Below are positions 27,418 through 39,339 of a stretch of 64,000 nt of DNA, piece after piece. The notes below the pieces were generated by a model that was not told the origin of the DNA, ran no database searches, and saw nothing but the letters and a program-made list of their open reading frames with translations. Position numbers and translations under genes: made by a program. The first letter of the stretch is position 1. Every line of letters begins with the position of its first letter. The stretch lies in the NCBI GenBank assembly GCA_951406725.2, contig OX597823.1, positions 63,674,001 to 63,738,000 of the forward strand, written 5' to 3'. The DNA is from Octopus vulgaris. Lineage: Eukaryota.

Positions 27418-27803
27418 ATATTATATAAAATCCGTTCTGTCTGTCTGTGTGTGTGTCTTCTAGGATCTCGGGCATCCCCCATCCGATTGCGCTCAAATTT
27501 GATATGCAGATAGCGATGGTATCAGGGCGTGTATAAGTCTTGAAAAAATTACAAAAATCGATTCCAGGCGAGAATGTGATGGATAAAGCAGTGGGAACGT
27601 GCATTTGTACGCGTAAGTACATCAGCTGTTGCGATCGATACTACGCGTACGCGAAAAAAATGCACGTGCAGTTTGCGCAAAAAAGCCTGCTGGCTTGAAA
27701 TAATACCACAAAATGGGACGGTCGGACGAGTTGTTTTGAAAAAACTTGGTTTAAATGTTTGACAACTCAGCACCGTCCATTGGACGAGGGGCGTTTTGCT
27801 CGT
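27418..27803 (+). mobile_element. Non-autonomous Helitron-like element (family shared with 54841-55201)
   Basis: TATTATATAAAATCC + (CTGT)n 5' end; 3' hairpin CCGTCCATTGGACG(A)G followed by TTTTGCTCGT. Confidence 0.65.
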
Positions 27804-28259
27804 ATATAACAGTCTCCGTCTACGAAATCCACTCACAAAACTTTGATCGGACCGAGGCTTAAGTAGAAGACACTTTCTCTAGGTGTTGCGCAGTAGTATT
27901 GGACTCGAAACTATGTGGCTGAGAAGCAAACTTCCTACCACACAATCACGATAATTTATTTATTTTTTCCTATACCACCCTTCAAATGCTTTTTTCTATT
28001 GCGTATTGTTAAGCAGCACTTGCAGTTTTTTATGTCTTGATACATTGGTGTCCATCCATCTCAACAAACCAGCAGCTTTGTTAATGGGAGTGATTCTCTT
28101 TGAAATCATTACCTATTTGAGTCTGGTGCTACGGACCACTCAGATGGAATTTCGAAAATTTTCCATCTTGTTTGTAAGTTACATTCAGTAATAGAGAAGT
28201 TGAATAAGAGTGTGTAAAAGTCTTACGGCTTACACTTAAATAACAGACTGTGGCATCAT

Positions 28260-28283
28260 CTAAAATTATAAGGACTACTTCTT

Positions 28284-28340
<57 letters not shown>

Positions 28341-28392
28341 ATAATAATAATAATAATAATGATAATAATAATAATACTAATACTACTACTAG
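28260..28392. repeat. (TAC)n/(TAA)n microsatellite
   Basis: Visible directly. Confidence 0.9.
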
Positions 28393-28523
28393 AAATTGTA
28401 TGACTCCTAGAATATTGTTAATCTAAGATTTTAATTGTTGATCCATCACATGAATAAATTTCTAAGTGGCTTTTGAAACGGTTTTGTGGACTATTGGATA
28501 AGTAAAAGTTCTTTGAGATTGTG

Positions 28524-28672
28524 ACTGTGTGGTAAGTAGCTTGCTTACCAACCACATGGTTCTGGGTTCATTCCCGCTGCGTGACACCTTGGGCAAGTGT
28601 CTTCTACTATAGCTCGGGCCGACCAAAGCCTTGTGAATGGATTTGATCGACGGAAACTGAAAGAAACCCGTC

Positions 28673-28740
<68 letters not shown>

Positions 28741-28960
28741 ATGTATGGATGTATGGATGTTTGTGTGTCTGTGTTTGTCCCCCCAACATCGCATGACAAC
28801 CAATGGTGGTGTGTTTACGTCCCCGTAACTTAGCGGTTCGCCAAAAGACACTGATAGAATAAGTACTAGGCTTCCAAAGAATAAATCCTGGGGTCGATTT
28901 GCTCGACTAAAAGCGGTGCTCAAGCATGGCCGCAGTCAAATGACTGAAACGAGTAAAAGA
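28524..28960 (+). mobile_element. SINE family A copy
   Basis: Same head, core and tail as 23262-23716. Confidence 0.88.
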
Positions 28961-30448
28961 AAAAAAAAATAACGTTATTCAATTTATCTTGAAGCGGGTG
29001 GTTTCCTTGCCTTTGTAGTGTAAATCACACTTAATTCTATTTTAAACCCGTCACCATCAGTTTTATTACACGGTTTACATGCTTTTGGAAACATGGAGTA
29101 TTTCTGTTTAATATACGCATGTTTATAACCACGAAATGTGCATTTAAGGAAATATCTTCATTCTAGTTACATGATAGATATCGACACTTTTAAGCTTTAC
29201 TTCGCGAGAAATATCGATTCCGTTAAATCGCGATATCATTTCTCGTCGTTCCATGAAATTTAAAGATGCTTTCAGCGATATTTTGCCAATTTCAGATTTT
29301 CCAATATCCTTGTCTTATATAGGATTTCAACAAATCTCATGTTTGATACTTTTGTCACCTTAACCAACTTTATGAAACATACATTATCGAGACCTTTCGC
29401 GAAGACGATGGTAAAATTTTACAAGGGTCTCACAAGATACCTGACTTAGTAATATGAACCTGATTCGTTCGACAAAAACGATAAAACTCAGCGATTCATC
29501 GAGTCGAGCCTTTTTGGTTCTAGGCCACTGACCACAGAGCACCCAGCCAGTTCCAGCGACAGACAACACTAGCAGTATTCCAGACCTCCACCTCCGTCGC
29601 CTTCATCTTAACGACGCCAACAACTTCGCCCAGGTTTAACGTCTCACTGTTTGTGAATACTTCACCATGGTTAACAGTAAGCTCAATCTGCATGAACCTT
29701 CTGTACCAAGTAACCCAGCAGCGGCATTGTAGCCACAACTGCTTATACGACATGTGCTTTCGACCGGCTCTGCTTTTTACACCTCAACTTCTTGTTACAG
29801 AACTTCAACTATTGTGTACCTTACCACGAACTGGTATTTATCTTCATCTTGTGTCCGAACTTCTTCTAGCGTCCTGTTAGAGGCTTTTTCTATGCTCTGT
29901 ATTTTATCTCACACGTATACACCCTTGTTTCTACACACATACACATTATGTATGTTTGACGGCCTGTCTATTATTGTTCTTATATATGTACTTATGACGC
30001 ACACACAGACACACTCTACTAACACACATACACATTATGTATGCATGGCGGCCTGTCTATTATTATTATTATTATTATTATCATTATCATCATATATGTA
30101 CACATGTGGTACACAGGGACACACAGTCTGCTAACATCTAAATAAACCTTTCTCTTAACATTCTACAATCGTGTTGTCTTTCTTTTTCTTGCTGGCACTT
30201 ACATTCATTTATCGCATTTTAGCTTTTATTGTAAGTGACCGTGCGGGCATTAAGGAGTCATTTATTCGCCACCTGTCCTTTCGCACAGTCGTTTTACAAA
30301 AGTATCTTAATTATATCTCAATAAAGCCAGAATCAATGCACAAAATTTTGAATCTTGTCAAGGCTGGCGCTTGTTTTGAGGTCAGTAATTGACAAAGAAG
30401 TAACAAGAAATATTTCAGAATGGAACATTTAACACATATATATATATA

Positions 30449-31004
30449 TGTGGGTGAGTCAAAAAAGTAATGCCATTTTGTTTAGGACGGGTATAATTAC
30501 CTGCACAGGAACATGTATCATACATCAAAATGAAGCTGGTCCTCTGTGGATCACATCCCTACTTCTCAACATATTCACCGTTTATCTCAATAGCCATGTT
30601 TCACCTTCGAATGAGAGCATGTATCCGTACCCCGTAAAATTCTGTTTACTGTTCTTTGAGCCACTTCTTCACTACAGTTTTCACTTCTTCGTCACTGGAA
30701 TAATGTTTGCCTCTCAAACCCTCTTTCATGCGGCCGACGAGATGATAGCCCAGTGACGATGATAGTCCAGTGACGAGGAAGTGAAAACTGTAGTGACGAA
30801 GTGGTCCAAAGAACAGTCAACAGAATTTTACGGGGCAGGGATACACGCTCTCATTCGAAAGTGGAACATTGCTAATGAGACTATGTAGAGAAGTAGGTGT
30901 GTGATCCACAGAGGACCAGCTTCATTTTGAGGTATGATACATGTTCCTGTGTTGGTAATTATACCTATCCTAAATAAAATGGCATTACTTTTTTACTCAC
31001 CCTC

Positions 31005-31005
<1 letters not shown>
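30449..31005. mobile_element. Mariner-derived fold-back element built from two inverted 3' ends
   Basis: TA-flanked; ~250 bp arms are reverse complements; the right arm encodes SSDEEVKTVVTKWSKEQSTEFYGAGIHALIRKW (mariner transposase C-terminus). Confidence 0.88.
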
Positions 31006-31052
<47 letters not shown>

Positions 31053-31289
31053 GTGTATATGTGTGTAAACATAGTAATAAAATAAACTATTATTCGGTAA
31101 TAATAATTTATTTTATTACCTTTTTACTATGTTTACATATTTTTCGATAAATTTTGATCGTAGACCCTATACCAGAAACCCCTCTGTTTGTCGGGTATGT
31201 TTTGCGTCTGCGCAATGGTCTTAAAAGTTAGAGAATGCAAGTCGCTAGAACCGCACCTTTCTAACGAAATGTACTTCTAGGATAACAAA

Positions 31290-31374
31290 GGCTGCTTACT
31301 GAAGAGTCTAGCCTTGGCAGATAAATTATATTTACTGCTAAAAAAAAAGACGAAACTGCAGTATAAGATGAGCC
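31290..31374 (+). ncRNA. Type-I hammerhead ribozyme with intact catalytic core
   Basis: GGCT-G-CTTA CTGAAGA GTCT[...TGGCAGATAAAT-TAT-ATTTACTGCTA...]AGAC GAAA CTGCAG TA TAAG-ATG-AGCC; all core nucleotides present; GUA cleavage triplet at 31361-63. Confidence 0.82.
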
Positions 31375-31466
31375 GAGTTTGTAAACGTTTTTGATTTTAT
31401 TTCATTGAATTTATCCACTTTTTGTGATCTAGTACTTGCTTCTTCTTTTAGAGGCCTTTTAATGTA

Positions 31467-31564
<98 letters not shown>

Positions 31565-31574
31565 GTATTCCTCT

Positions 31575-32208
31575 GGAGGACACTTGTCCTAAGTCACTTT
31601 GACTACTGCTCTCAGTTATGGTCACCATTCAGTGTCAAGTTGATCACAGAGCTCGAGGCGATCCAACGTAGCTACACGAAGAAGATAGCCTCTATGCAGA
31701 ATGTGAGCTACTGGGAAAGACTCAAGAGATTAAAACTATATTCCTTGGAGTGTAGGCGGGAAAGATATGCCATAATATACATCTGGAAGATCCTGGAGGG
31801 ACGTGTCCTAAACTTTGGCATCGAGAGTTACGCAAATGCCAGAACTGGGTGCCACTGCGTGGTGCCTAGGACTCCAAACTTGCCATCAAGATGTAGGACA
31901 AGATTCTGTGATAGCCTAGGCTTCCGAGGCCCACAGCTCTTCAATATCCTCCCGAAGAACCTGAGAGACCTGCATGGGGTAGATGCAGATGTCTTTAAAA
32001 TGAAACTGGATCTCTTCCTGTCAGGTATCCCAGATGAACCAACTTCCCGGCAGGAGGTGCAGATGAGGGCAGCTGCATCGAACTCTCTCATGCACCAAAT
32101 GGCAGTTGCTAAAAAGCTTTCGTGAAGTAAAACCAAGTAGCAACACCAAATGGCGGTGCCCCAGCATACAGCTCATAAGCAAACTAGAATCAATCAATCA
32201 ATCAATCA
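31575..32208 (+). mobile_element. 5'-truncated CR1-like LINE
   Basis: HFDYCSQLWSP...LEAIQRSYTKKI...SYWERLKRLKLYSLECRRER; (ATCA)n tail; lies within (TA)n. Confidence 0.85.
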
Positions 32209-32470
32209 TATATATATATTATCAGCTGGAGAGTGTGCCAGTACAGCTCATGGCAAAAATACGTCACGATGTGTTACCGCTAGTATATAACTAACTCTGA
32301 TATTTATCTGAAACTAGAATCAATCAATCAATCAATCAATATATATATATATATATATATACATATGCTGGAGGAGTGTGTCCTCCTGGGGCTAAAAACT
32401 ACAGTAGCATCCATATAGCCATATTGAAATGGCAAAAATACGTCACGATATATATATGTATATATATATA

Positions 32471-32943
<473 letters not shown>

Positions 32944-32958
32944 TATATATTTCTACCT

Positions 32959-33161
32959 TTCGGTTGTAAAATTGCGAAAAAGCCACCCTTATTATTTATA
33001 ACTTTCACTTTTACCGTTTAAGAAATCAGCGGGTGATTTCTACGATAATCTTTATAAATTGACGAGGCGTGTTGAGTTTAACCAAAGGCGCTGATTTCTT
33101 AAACGGTAAAAGTGAAAATTATAAATAATAAGGGTTGCTTATTCGCAATTTTACAACCGAA
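32959..33161. repeat. Palindrome with ~73 bp arms
   Basis: TTCGGTTGTAAAATTGCGAA...AAGAAATCAGCG / CGCTGATTTCTT...TTCGCAATTTTACAACCGAA. Confidence 0.9.
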
Positions 33162-33485
33162 TTTTCTCGTCGTATGGAATTTGGCGAATAGCCACCCTTT
33201 TTATTTATTTATATTTAATGATATTTTATATAATATACTCACTGAAGAAATATCTCTTCAAAATACATTATATTAAACCAGTGTATCTTGGATTTAAAAA
33301 ATTCCCATAAGAGGTCTAAATATCCTCATACTGACCGGGGCTGGCCAGACTGGAGCAATCTCAAGAATAATCAGCCGAAATTGCGAGGATAATCTGGTAC
33401 TTGACTGAGGATAGAGGGCTTCGAATGACCCGCCCTTGTTTTCTTGGTATCGTCTATCTGGATGTTTTGTTGTCCCTTTATATAT

Positions 33486-33706
33486 ATCGTGGCACTCCGT
33501 CAGTTACGACGACGAGGGTTCCAGTTGAGCCTGCTCATGAAGTTACGTGCAAATGGCTGAGTACTCCACAGACACGTGTTCCTTTACCGTAGTTCTTATG
33601 GAGATTCAGCGTGACACAAAGTATGACAAGACTGGCCCTTTGAAATACAGGTACAACAGAAATAGTGAGAGAAAGTTGTGATGAAAAAGTACAGCGGGGT
33701 TCACCA
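33486..33706 (-). mobile_element. SINE 3' part (family C; head seen at 39145-39335)
   Basis: GTGAGAGAAAGTTGTGATGAAAAAGTACAGCGGGGTTCACC is the reverse complement of GGTGAAACCCGCTGTACTCTTTCACCACAATTTTCTCTCAC at ~39283. Confidence 0.65.
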
Positions 33707-33999
33707 TATGACATCTCGTAGCGTCTACTTTTCCGGTCTGTGTTGCTAAAGAGGCAATAACCACCCTGAAATGCATGCATCCAGCAGTCTGGTTAGAATA
33801 TGCTGTGAGCTGACTCGGTATATTTACACCTATCTGTCTACAGCGAGAAATTTTCTTCGAAACAAAAAACAGAGAATGACTTTCTTGCGGGTTCGAATAT
33901 GCTTGGTGTTATTTAAATCCCCATAACTTAGTGTTTCATCAAAAAGAGACTGATAGAATAAGTAACAGACTTACGATGAATACTGGAGTAGATTTGTAA

Positions 34000-34602
34000 A
34001 GCGGCGATCAGGCAGAAACGTTTGCACGCAGGGTGAAATGCTTAGCTGTATTTCGTCTGCCGTTACGTTCTGGGTTCAAATTCCGCCGAGGTCGACTTTG
34101 CCTTTCATCCTTTCGGGGTTGATAAATTAAGTACCATTTATGCACTGCGGTCGATATAATCAACTTAATACCTTTGTCTGTCCCCTCTATTTTTAGCCCC
34201 TTACTCTTTTACTTGTTTCAGTCATGTGACTGTGGCCATGTTGACGCACCGCCTTTAGTCGAGCAAATCAACCCTAGGACTTATTCTTTGTAAGCCTAGT
34301 ACTTATTCTATCGATCTCTTTTGCCGAACCGCTAAGTTACGGGGACATAAACATACCAGCATCGGTTGCCAAGCGATGTTGAGAGGATAAACACAGACAC
34401 ACAAACATATACACACACATACATATATATACATATATACGACGGGCTTCTTTCAGTTTCTGTCTACCAAATCCACTCACAAGGCTTTGGTCGGTCCGAG
34501 GCTATAGTAGAAGACACTAGCTCAAGGTTCCACGCAGTGGGACTGAACCCGGAACCGTGTGGGTTGTAAGCAAGCTACTTACCACACAGCCACTCCTACG
34601 CC
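34000..34602. mobile_element. Adjacent SINE B (+, 34000-34200) and SINE A (-, 34203-34602)
   Basis: Match the family B and family A sequences seen elsewhere in the window. Confidence 0.85.
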
Positions 34603-34612
34603 TTTCATCCTT

Positions 34613-34643
<31 letters not shown>

Positions 34644-34654
34644 ATATATATATA

Positions 34655-35626
34655 TTGATAAAACGGTAAGATAACAAAAGAAAGAAAGAGACCTCAATAT
34701 TATGTAAATAGAGGAAATTTATCTATACAATAATATGTTACATTACTCGGTAGTCAAGATATAACTCTGAGTTTCAGATGCCGAAGTGGAAATCCACAAC
34801 ACCATCTCTTCGGTTATCTGGCTATTTGAAAACGCTATGAAAAAATACCGTTAAATAAAGGGTATAACTCTGCTTGCCTGCGTACTTATACATCGCTCGC
34901 ATTTTTCGTCATAAAAATTATATAAAAATACATAAAAAATATATAAAAATATATAAATTCTTCTTGGGACATAACATAGAAAGCATGTTCTATCTGTTTT
35001 CTTTAGGGGACCAAAAACGTAACAGAAATTTAGTCACATGTGGGCATGATCCGAAAAGCTCTGTCCTTGTATTTAGACATGTAGTAGGAACAAAAGAAAA
35101 GCGACACAATTATCTAATCATATTTGGTCTTTAAGAGATAAAGGTGTCGATTATAACATACAATGGAAGATTTTGGCCAGATGTAAGCCCTATACCAACG
35201 GCAGCGGAAGGTGCAGTCTATGCGACATGGAGAGATGGCTTATCTGGAAAAGCAGCTTAGACCCTACTACATGTCTAAATACAAGGACAGAGCTTTTCGG
35301 ATCATGCTCACACGTGACTAAATTTCTGTTACGTTTTTGGTCCCCTAAAGAAAACAGATAGAACATGCTTTCTATGTTATGTCCCAAGAAGAATTTATAT
35401 ATTTTTATATATTTTTTATGTATTTTTATATAATTTTTATGACGAAAAATGCGAGCGATGTATAAGTACGCAGGCAAGCAGAGTTATAACACAGTAATTT
35501 CCCTTTATTTAACGGTATTTTTCCATAGCGTTTTCAAATAGCCAGATAACCGAAGAGATGGTGTTGTGGATTTCCACTTCGGCATCTGAAACTCAGAGTT
35601 TTATCTTGACTACCGAGTAATGTAAC

Positions 35627-35633
<7 letters not shown>
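34655..35633 (+). mobile_element. 5'-truncated Penelope-like element with inverted 3'-end duplication, inside (TA)n
   Basis: Frame 35092-35361 KATQLSNHIWSLRDKGVDYNIQWKILARCKPYTNGSGRCSLCDMERWLI...LNTRTELFGSCSH (PLE GIY-YIG C-terminus); arms 34730-35088 and 35263-35633 are near-identical reverse complements. Confidence 0.88.
35544..35606 (+). ncRNA. Variant hammerhead motif in the Penelope 3' region (mirror copy at ~34756-34818, minus strand)
   Basis: AGATAA CCGAAGA GATG...CATC T GAAA CTCAGAG TT TTATCT; stem I perfect; core has C instead of U4 and one extra T. Confidence 0.5.
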
Positions 35634-35718
<85 letters not shown>

Positions 35719-36414
35719 GATTAAATGGCAGAAGCATAAACGCCAAGATATCTACCTCTGAAAGTGTTGGACTCATCTCTCGGATTGTTCCTACGTTGAT
35801 GGCCAGATAATTTAAATCCTGTTTTTGCTTTTAAATATTCTGAAATTCAACCACCCGTTTACTAGCAGGTAAACACATAAAATTCAGAGGATTAAATTTT
35901 TTAAACTTGTTATAAATCGTAAATCAAATGCTTTGAAATGAAACGAATGCTGCGTTTGTTTAGTAACAATAATAAATAAATAAATAAATAAATAAAAAAT
36001 AAAGCAAAACATTTTTATTAAAGCGGTTTTGTGTGTGGTGTGTCTGTATGCGTGTGAGTGTGAGTGTGAGTGTGGCATTTTGTAAAAAAACACTTTCTCA
36101 GTCCTTCACCACCACCATCACTCACCACCGTCGCCACCGACATCCATCACCAAAGTCACTTCCGCCATCGCCATCGCCACTACCACGAAATATCCTTATG
36201 TAATTTATGGCAATATTAAGTTCTTCATTAGTATTACGACTGGTGGAAATAATCCTCTAGTTGCTATCGCAAAGCTAAAAAGCATGAAAATATAGTGGTT
36301 TGAAGTTTTACAACCTTATTTTCTGGTCGTATGGTTTTTCACTGAATAAAACCATAATTTGTTGCGACGTTAATTAGTCAAGAGTATTTCAGAATGAAAT
36401 TCGTTATTTGTTTT

Positions 36415-36465
<51 letters not shown>

Positions 36466-37174
36466 AATATTACCAGTATTATTATTATTATTTTGCTGCA
36501 GCAACACTCAATGCTGTTTCGGAACTTTCTCTCTTAACTACATTGATTACTCCTTTTATATGATGCTACCAATATAACGGACGAATATTGTAGGTCATAG
36601 AAACATTATTAAATTAGAAAGAAGTTGACAAAATAACAGCCCTTTACTTTCTAGCTCTCTTCCTTTCTCTCTCCCTCTCTCTCTGTCTGTCTCTGACACA
36701 CACGCGCACACACACATACACCCATCCACACACACTCACACATAAAACCCTTCACGCAAATACAACCACATATTCATATACACAAGTATATGATGCAATC
36801 ACATACTCACATTCACAAATACAGAAACACAAACACGCACACAACCACATATCTCATATCCATATACGCAAAACAACCACATACTCGTATACATAGATGT
36901 AACACAAACATATCCCTAAATACACACACATGCACGCACACACAGAGAATCACATACACACAAATACAAATAGCATACAAAGCTCATATACACACAGTCA
37001 TATAGTCATACGCACAAGCAGACATGCATGCAGTTGTATAGTCATAAATGAAATTTGAACAAACGTACATACATGCACTAATGTCTGCATATGCACAGAT
37101 AAACACGTTTTAATCGTAGTACCTTTTCGAGGAATCAAAAACTTAATTGCATTTTTAGTGACACATTTTGGAAG

Positions 37175-37385
37175 TCTTCAGCGCGCATGCGCAGAGTTGG
37201 ATTTCTTCCGGGAGGCCGCTGGAAGTTCCCTCATGCGCATGCGCAGAGAACTACCAGCAGCAAAACTTGCCGTGTGTCGATCTCTCTCTCTCTCTCGATC
37301 TCTCGAAGCTGACACCGAATTGAACGGATGCGTTCTCGCAGCTCTACCAAGATGCCACCACGTGGCGAAGCTACACTACGCTGGA
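37175..37385. promoter_or_regulatory. Candidate CpG-rich promoter/insulator
   Basis: Two NRF1-type palindromes (GCGCATGCGC 37183-92; TGCGCATGCGCA 37234-45), ETS-type CTTCCGG (~37205) and CTCF-like/E-box GCCACCACGTGGCG (37354-67) in a locally GC-rich island. Confidence 0.45.
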
Positions 37386-37498
37386 ACGAAACAGGATTTG
37401 GTTCACACCATTTAACCACAGGGACTAGCTCCATGGCTACCGGTTTGCCCTGAAGGAAATATATATATATATATATATTATTCCGAATCCAGGAAATA

Positions 37499-37779
37499 TA
37501 TATATAAATATATATATAGAAAATAGTAAAAAGTGAAAAAACTACAGAAGGCTTGTTTTAAAAGGTTAAAAAATATATATTTGAGTCAATATGTCTGAAG
37601 AATGTTATAAATTTATAACATTCTTCAGACATATTGACTCTGAAGAAATATATTTATTTTTAGACATATTGACTCAAATATATATTTTTTAACCTTTTAA
37701 AACAAGCCTTCTGTAGTTTTCTCACTTTTTACTATTTTCTATATATTCAACCACGTGCTTTCACATACCAACTTTCTTA

Positions 37780-37833
<54 letters not shown>
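37499..37833. mobile_element. Nested palindromic insertion with ~23 bp flanking direct repeat
   Basis: TATTATT(C/G)CGAATCCAGGAAATA at 37476-98 and 37834-56; outer arms ~37514-37596 and ~37662-37744; inner perfect palindrome 37583-37640. Confidence 0.75.
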
Positions 37834-37841
<8 letters not shown>

Positions 37842-38149
37842 CGAATCCAGGAAATAAAAAATATTTATGTTCTTGAAGATATTCGAAGTCTTGATTTTCC
37901 TTCGACAAATAATTTAAAGTAACGGGATGAGACCTGCACCCCTCAAGTGTTACAGACTTTTCATCCTGTTACACATTCTTACTTATCATCACTGCATTAT
38001 ACTTTTATAAAAAAAAACTGAATTCAATGTTGCAGTGAATAATAACCCTTGCACAAGTACAAATACATTCACAGACACACATCACTATACAGCATTTCCA
38101 AGTAACGGAACCTTAATGTTGCAACCAATAGATCAGATTCTCAACACCG

Positions 38150-38417
38150 CACTTTGTCGTATGTGGTGCTAAGTTTTTTTCGTTCGACGTCACTTCGTCA
38201 AACGTCTTTTTGTCCCATGATTTTTTTTTGTCCAACGACAAATCCTATTAATAAAATTCTCAATGACTATTTGATTTTGATGTTCATCTTGTTTTCGATG
38301 GACTTTGTTTAAAATTAGAGAAAAAGTCGTTGGACAAAAAAGAAAAATCATTGGACAAAAAGACGTCGACGAAGTGATGTTAGACAAAGTGACATCGGAC
38401 GAAAAGTCGGGTCACGG
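38150..38417. mobile_element. Decayed MITE-like element with inverted arrays of ~15 bp subrepeats
   Basis: TTCGTC/TTTGTC repeats on the left, GACGAA/GACAAA repeats on the right; GACGTCACTTCGTC versus GACGAAGTGATGTT. Confidence 0.5.
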
Positions 38418-38442
38418 TTGCATGACACTGTAGCAGCTGATG

Positions 38443-38481
<39 letters not shown>

Positions 38482-39144
38482 TACACATACACTCTCTCCT
38501 CTTCATCATTTCGCGCCCACTTTTCCATGTTTACATGGACCAGACTTTGTAAATTAGAGGCAGGTTTTCTATGGTTGCATGCCCTTGCTGTCGCCAGCCC
38601 TCACATGCTTCCAAGCAAGGTAATATTAACTCATGACATGTTGTCATAGGGAATTAGTTATAACGGCACACCCCTCTCACGTGATGAATGGAATAACCTA
38701 GTCACTATAAGTAAAGAGAAGTACATGAAGTACTGGAGTACATAGTAGGCAGTCAGAGATAGTCGTGTCTTTGCTGATTTTACTAAGTATATTGTATACC
38801 GAAGAGGGGGCTATAACGGTCCAACATTTTAAGGATTATAACAGTGGCAACGAGGATTTAAAGAACTCACAAGGAAGTAATAAACTAGACGAGGATTTTA
38901 ACAACTCACGAGGAGTGAACAAACACACAAAAGTTTCTGTTATGTGAATTTTAGGAAAAACAAATCGTCAAATTATGGAAAATTTGTTGGCTGGTTTGCT
39001 CGAGTTGCAAAAACAGCAACAACAACTGAAAGATCAACAGCAGCAACAGCAGCAGCTACAACTGTAAGAGCTACAGCAGAAACAACAACAACAACAACAA
39101 CTAAATGAAGAACAGCAGTTGATACAACTGCAAAAGCAACAGAA

Positions 39145-39335
39145 GTGGAGGTGCAATGGCCCAGTGGTTAGGGCAGCGGACTCGCGGTCGTAAGAATGCG
39201 GTTTCAATTCCCAGACTGGGCATTATGAGTGTTTATTGAGCAAAAAACACCTAAGCTCCACGATGCTCCGGCGGATGGTGGTGGTGAAACCCGCTGTACT
39301 CTTTCACCACAATTTTCTCTCACTCTTTCTTCCTA
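39145..39335 (+). mobile_element. tRNA-derived SINE head (family C)
   Basis: TGGCCCAGTGGTTAGGGCAGCGGACTCGCGGTC...GGTTTCAATTCC, A and B boxes. Confidence 0.75.
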
Positions 39336-39339
39336 CTTC

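Noticed and set aside
29380-30203. GC-richer unique stretch and possible solo LTR (TGTTAG ~29875 to CTTACA 30203, with AATAAA)
   Set aside because: No TSD, PBS, PPT or coding motif recognised.
33321-33391. Hammerhead-like arrangement TATCCTC..CTGACCGG GGCTG...CAGCC GAAA..GAGGATA
   Set aside because: Core heptamer is wrong and stem III/UH are absent.
39145-39222. tRNA-like sequence (also 49724-49800)
   Set aside because: Runs into SINE bodies and lacks a proper cloverleaf; SINE heads, not tRNA genes.
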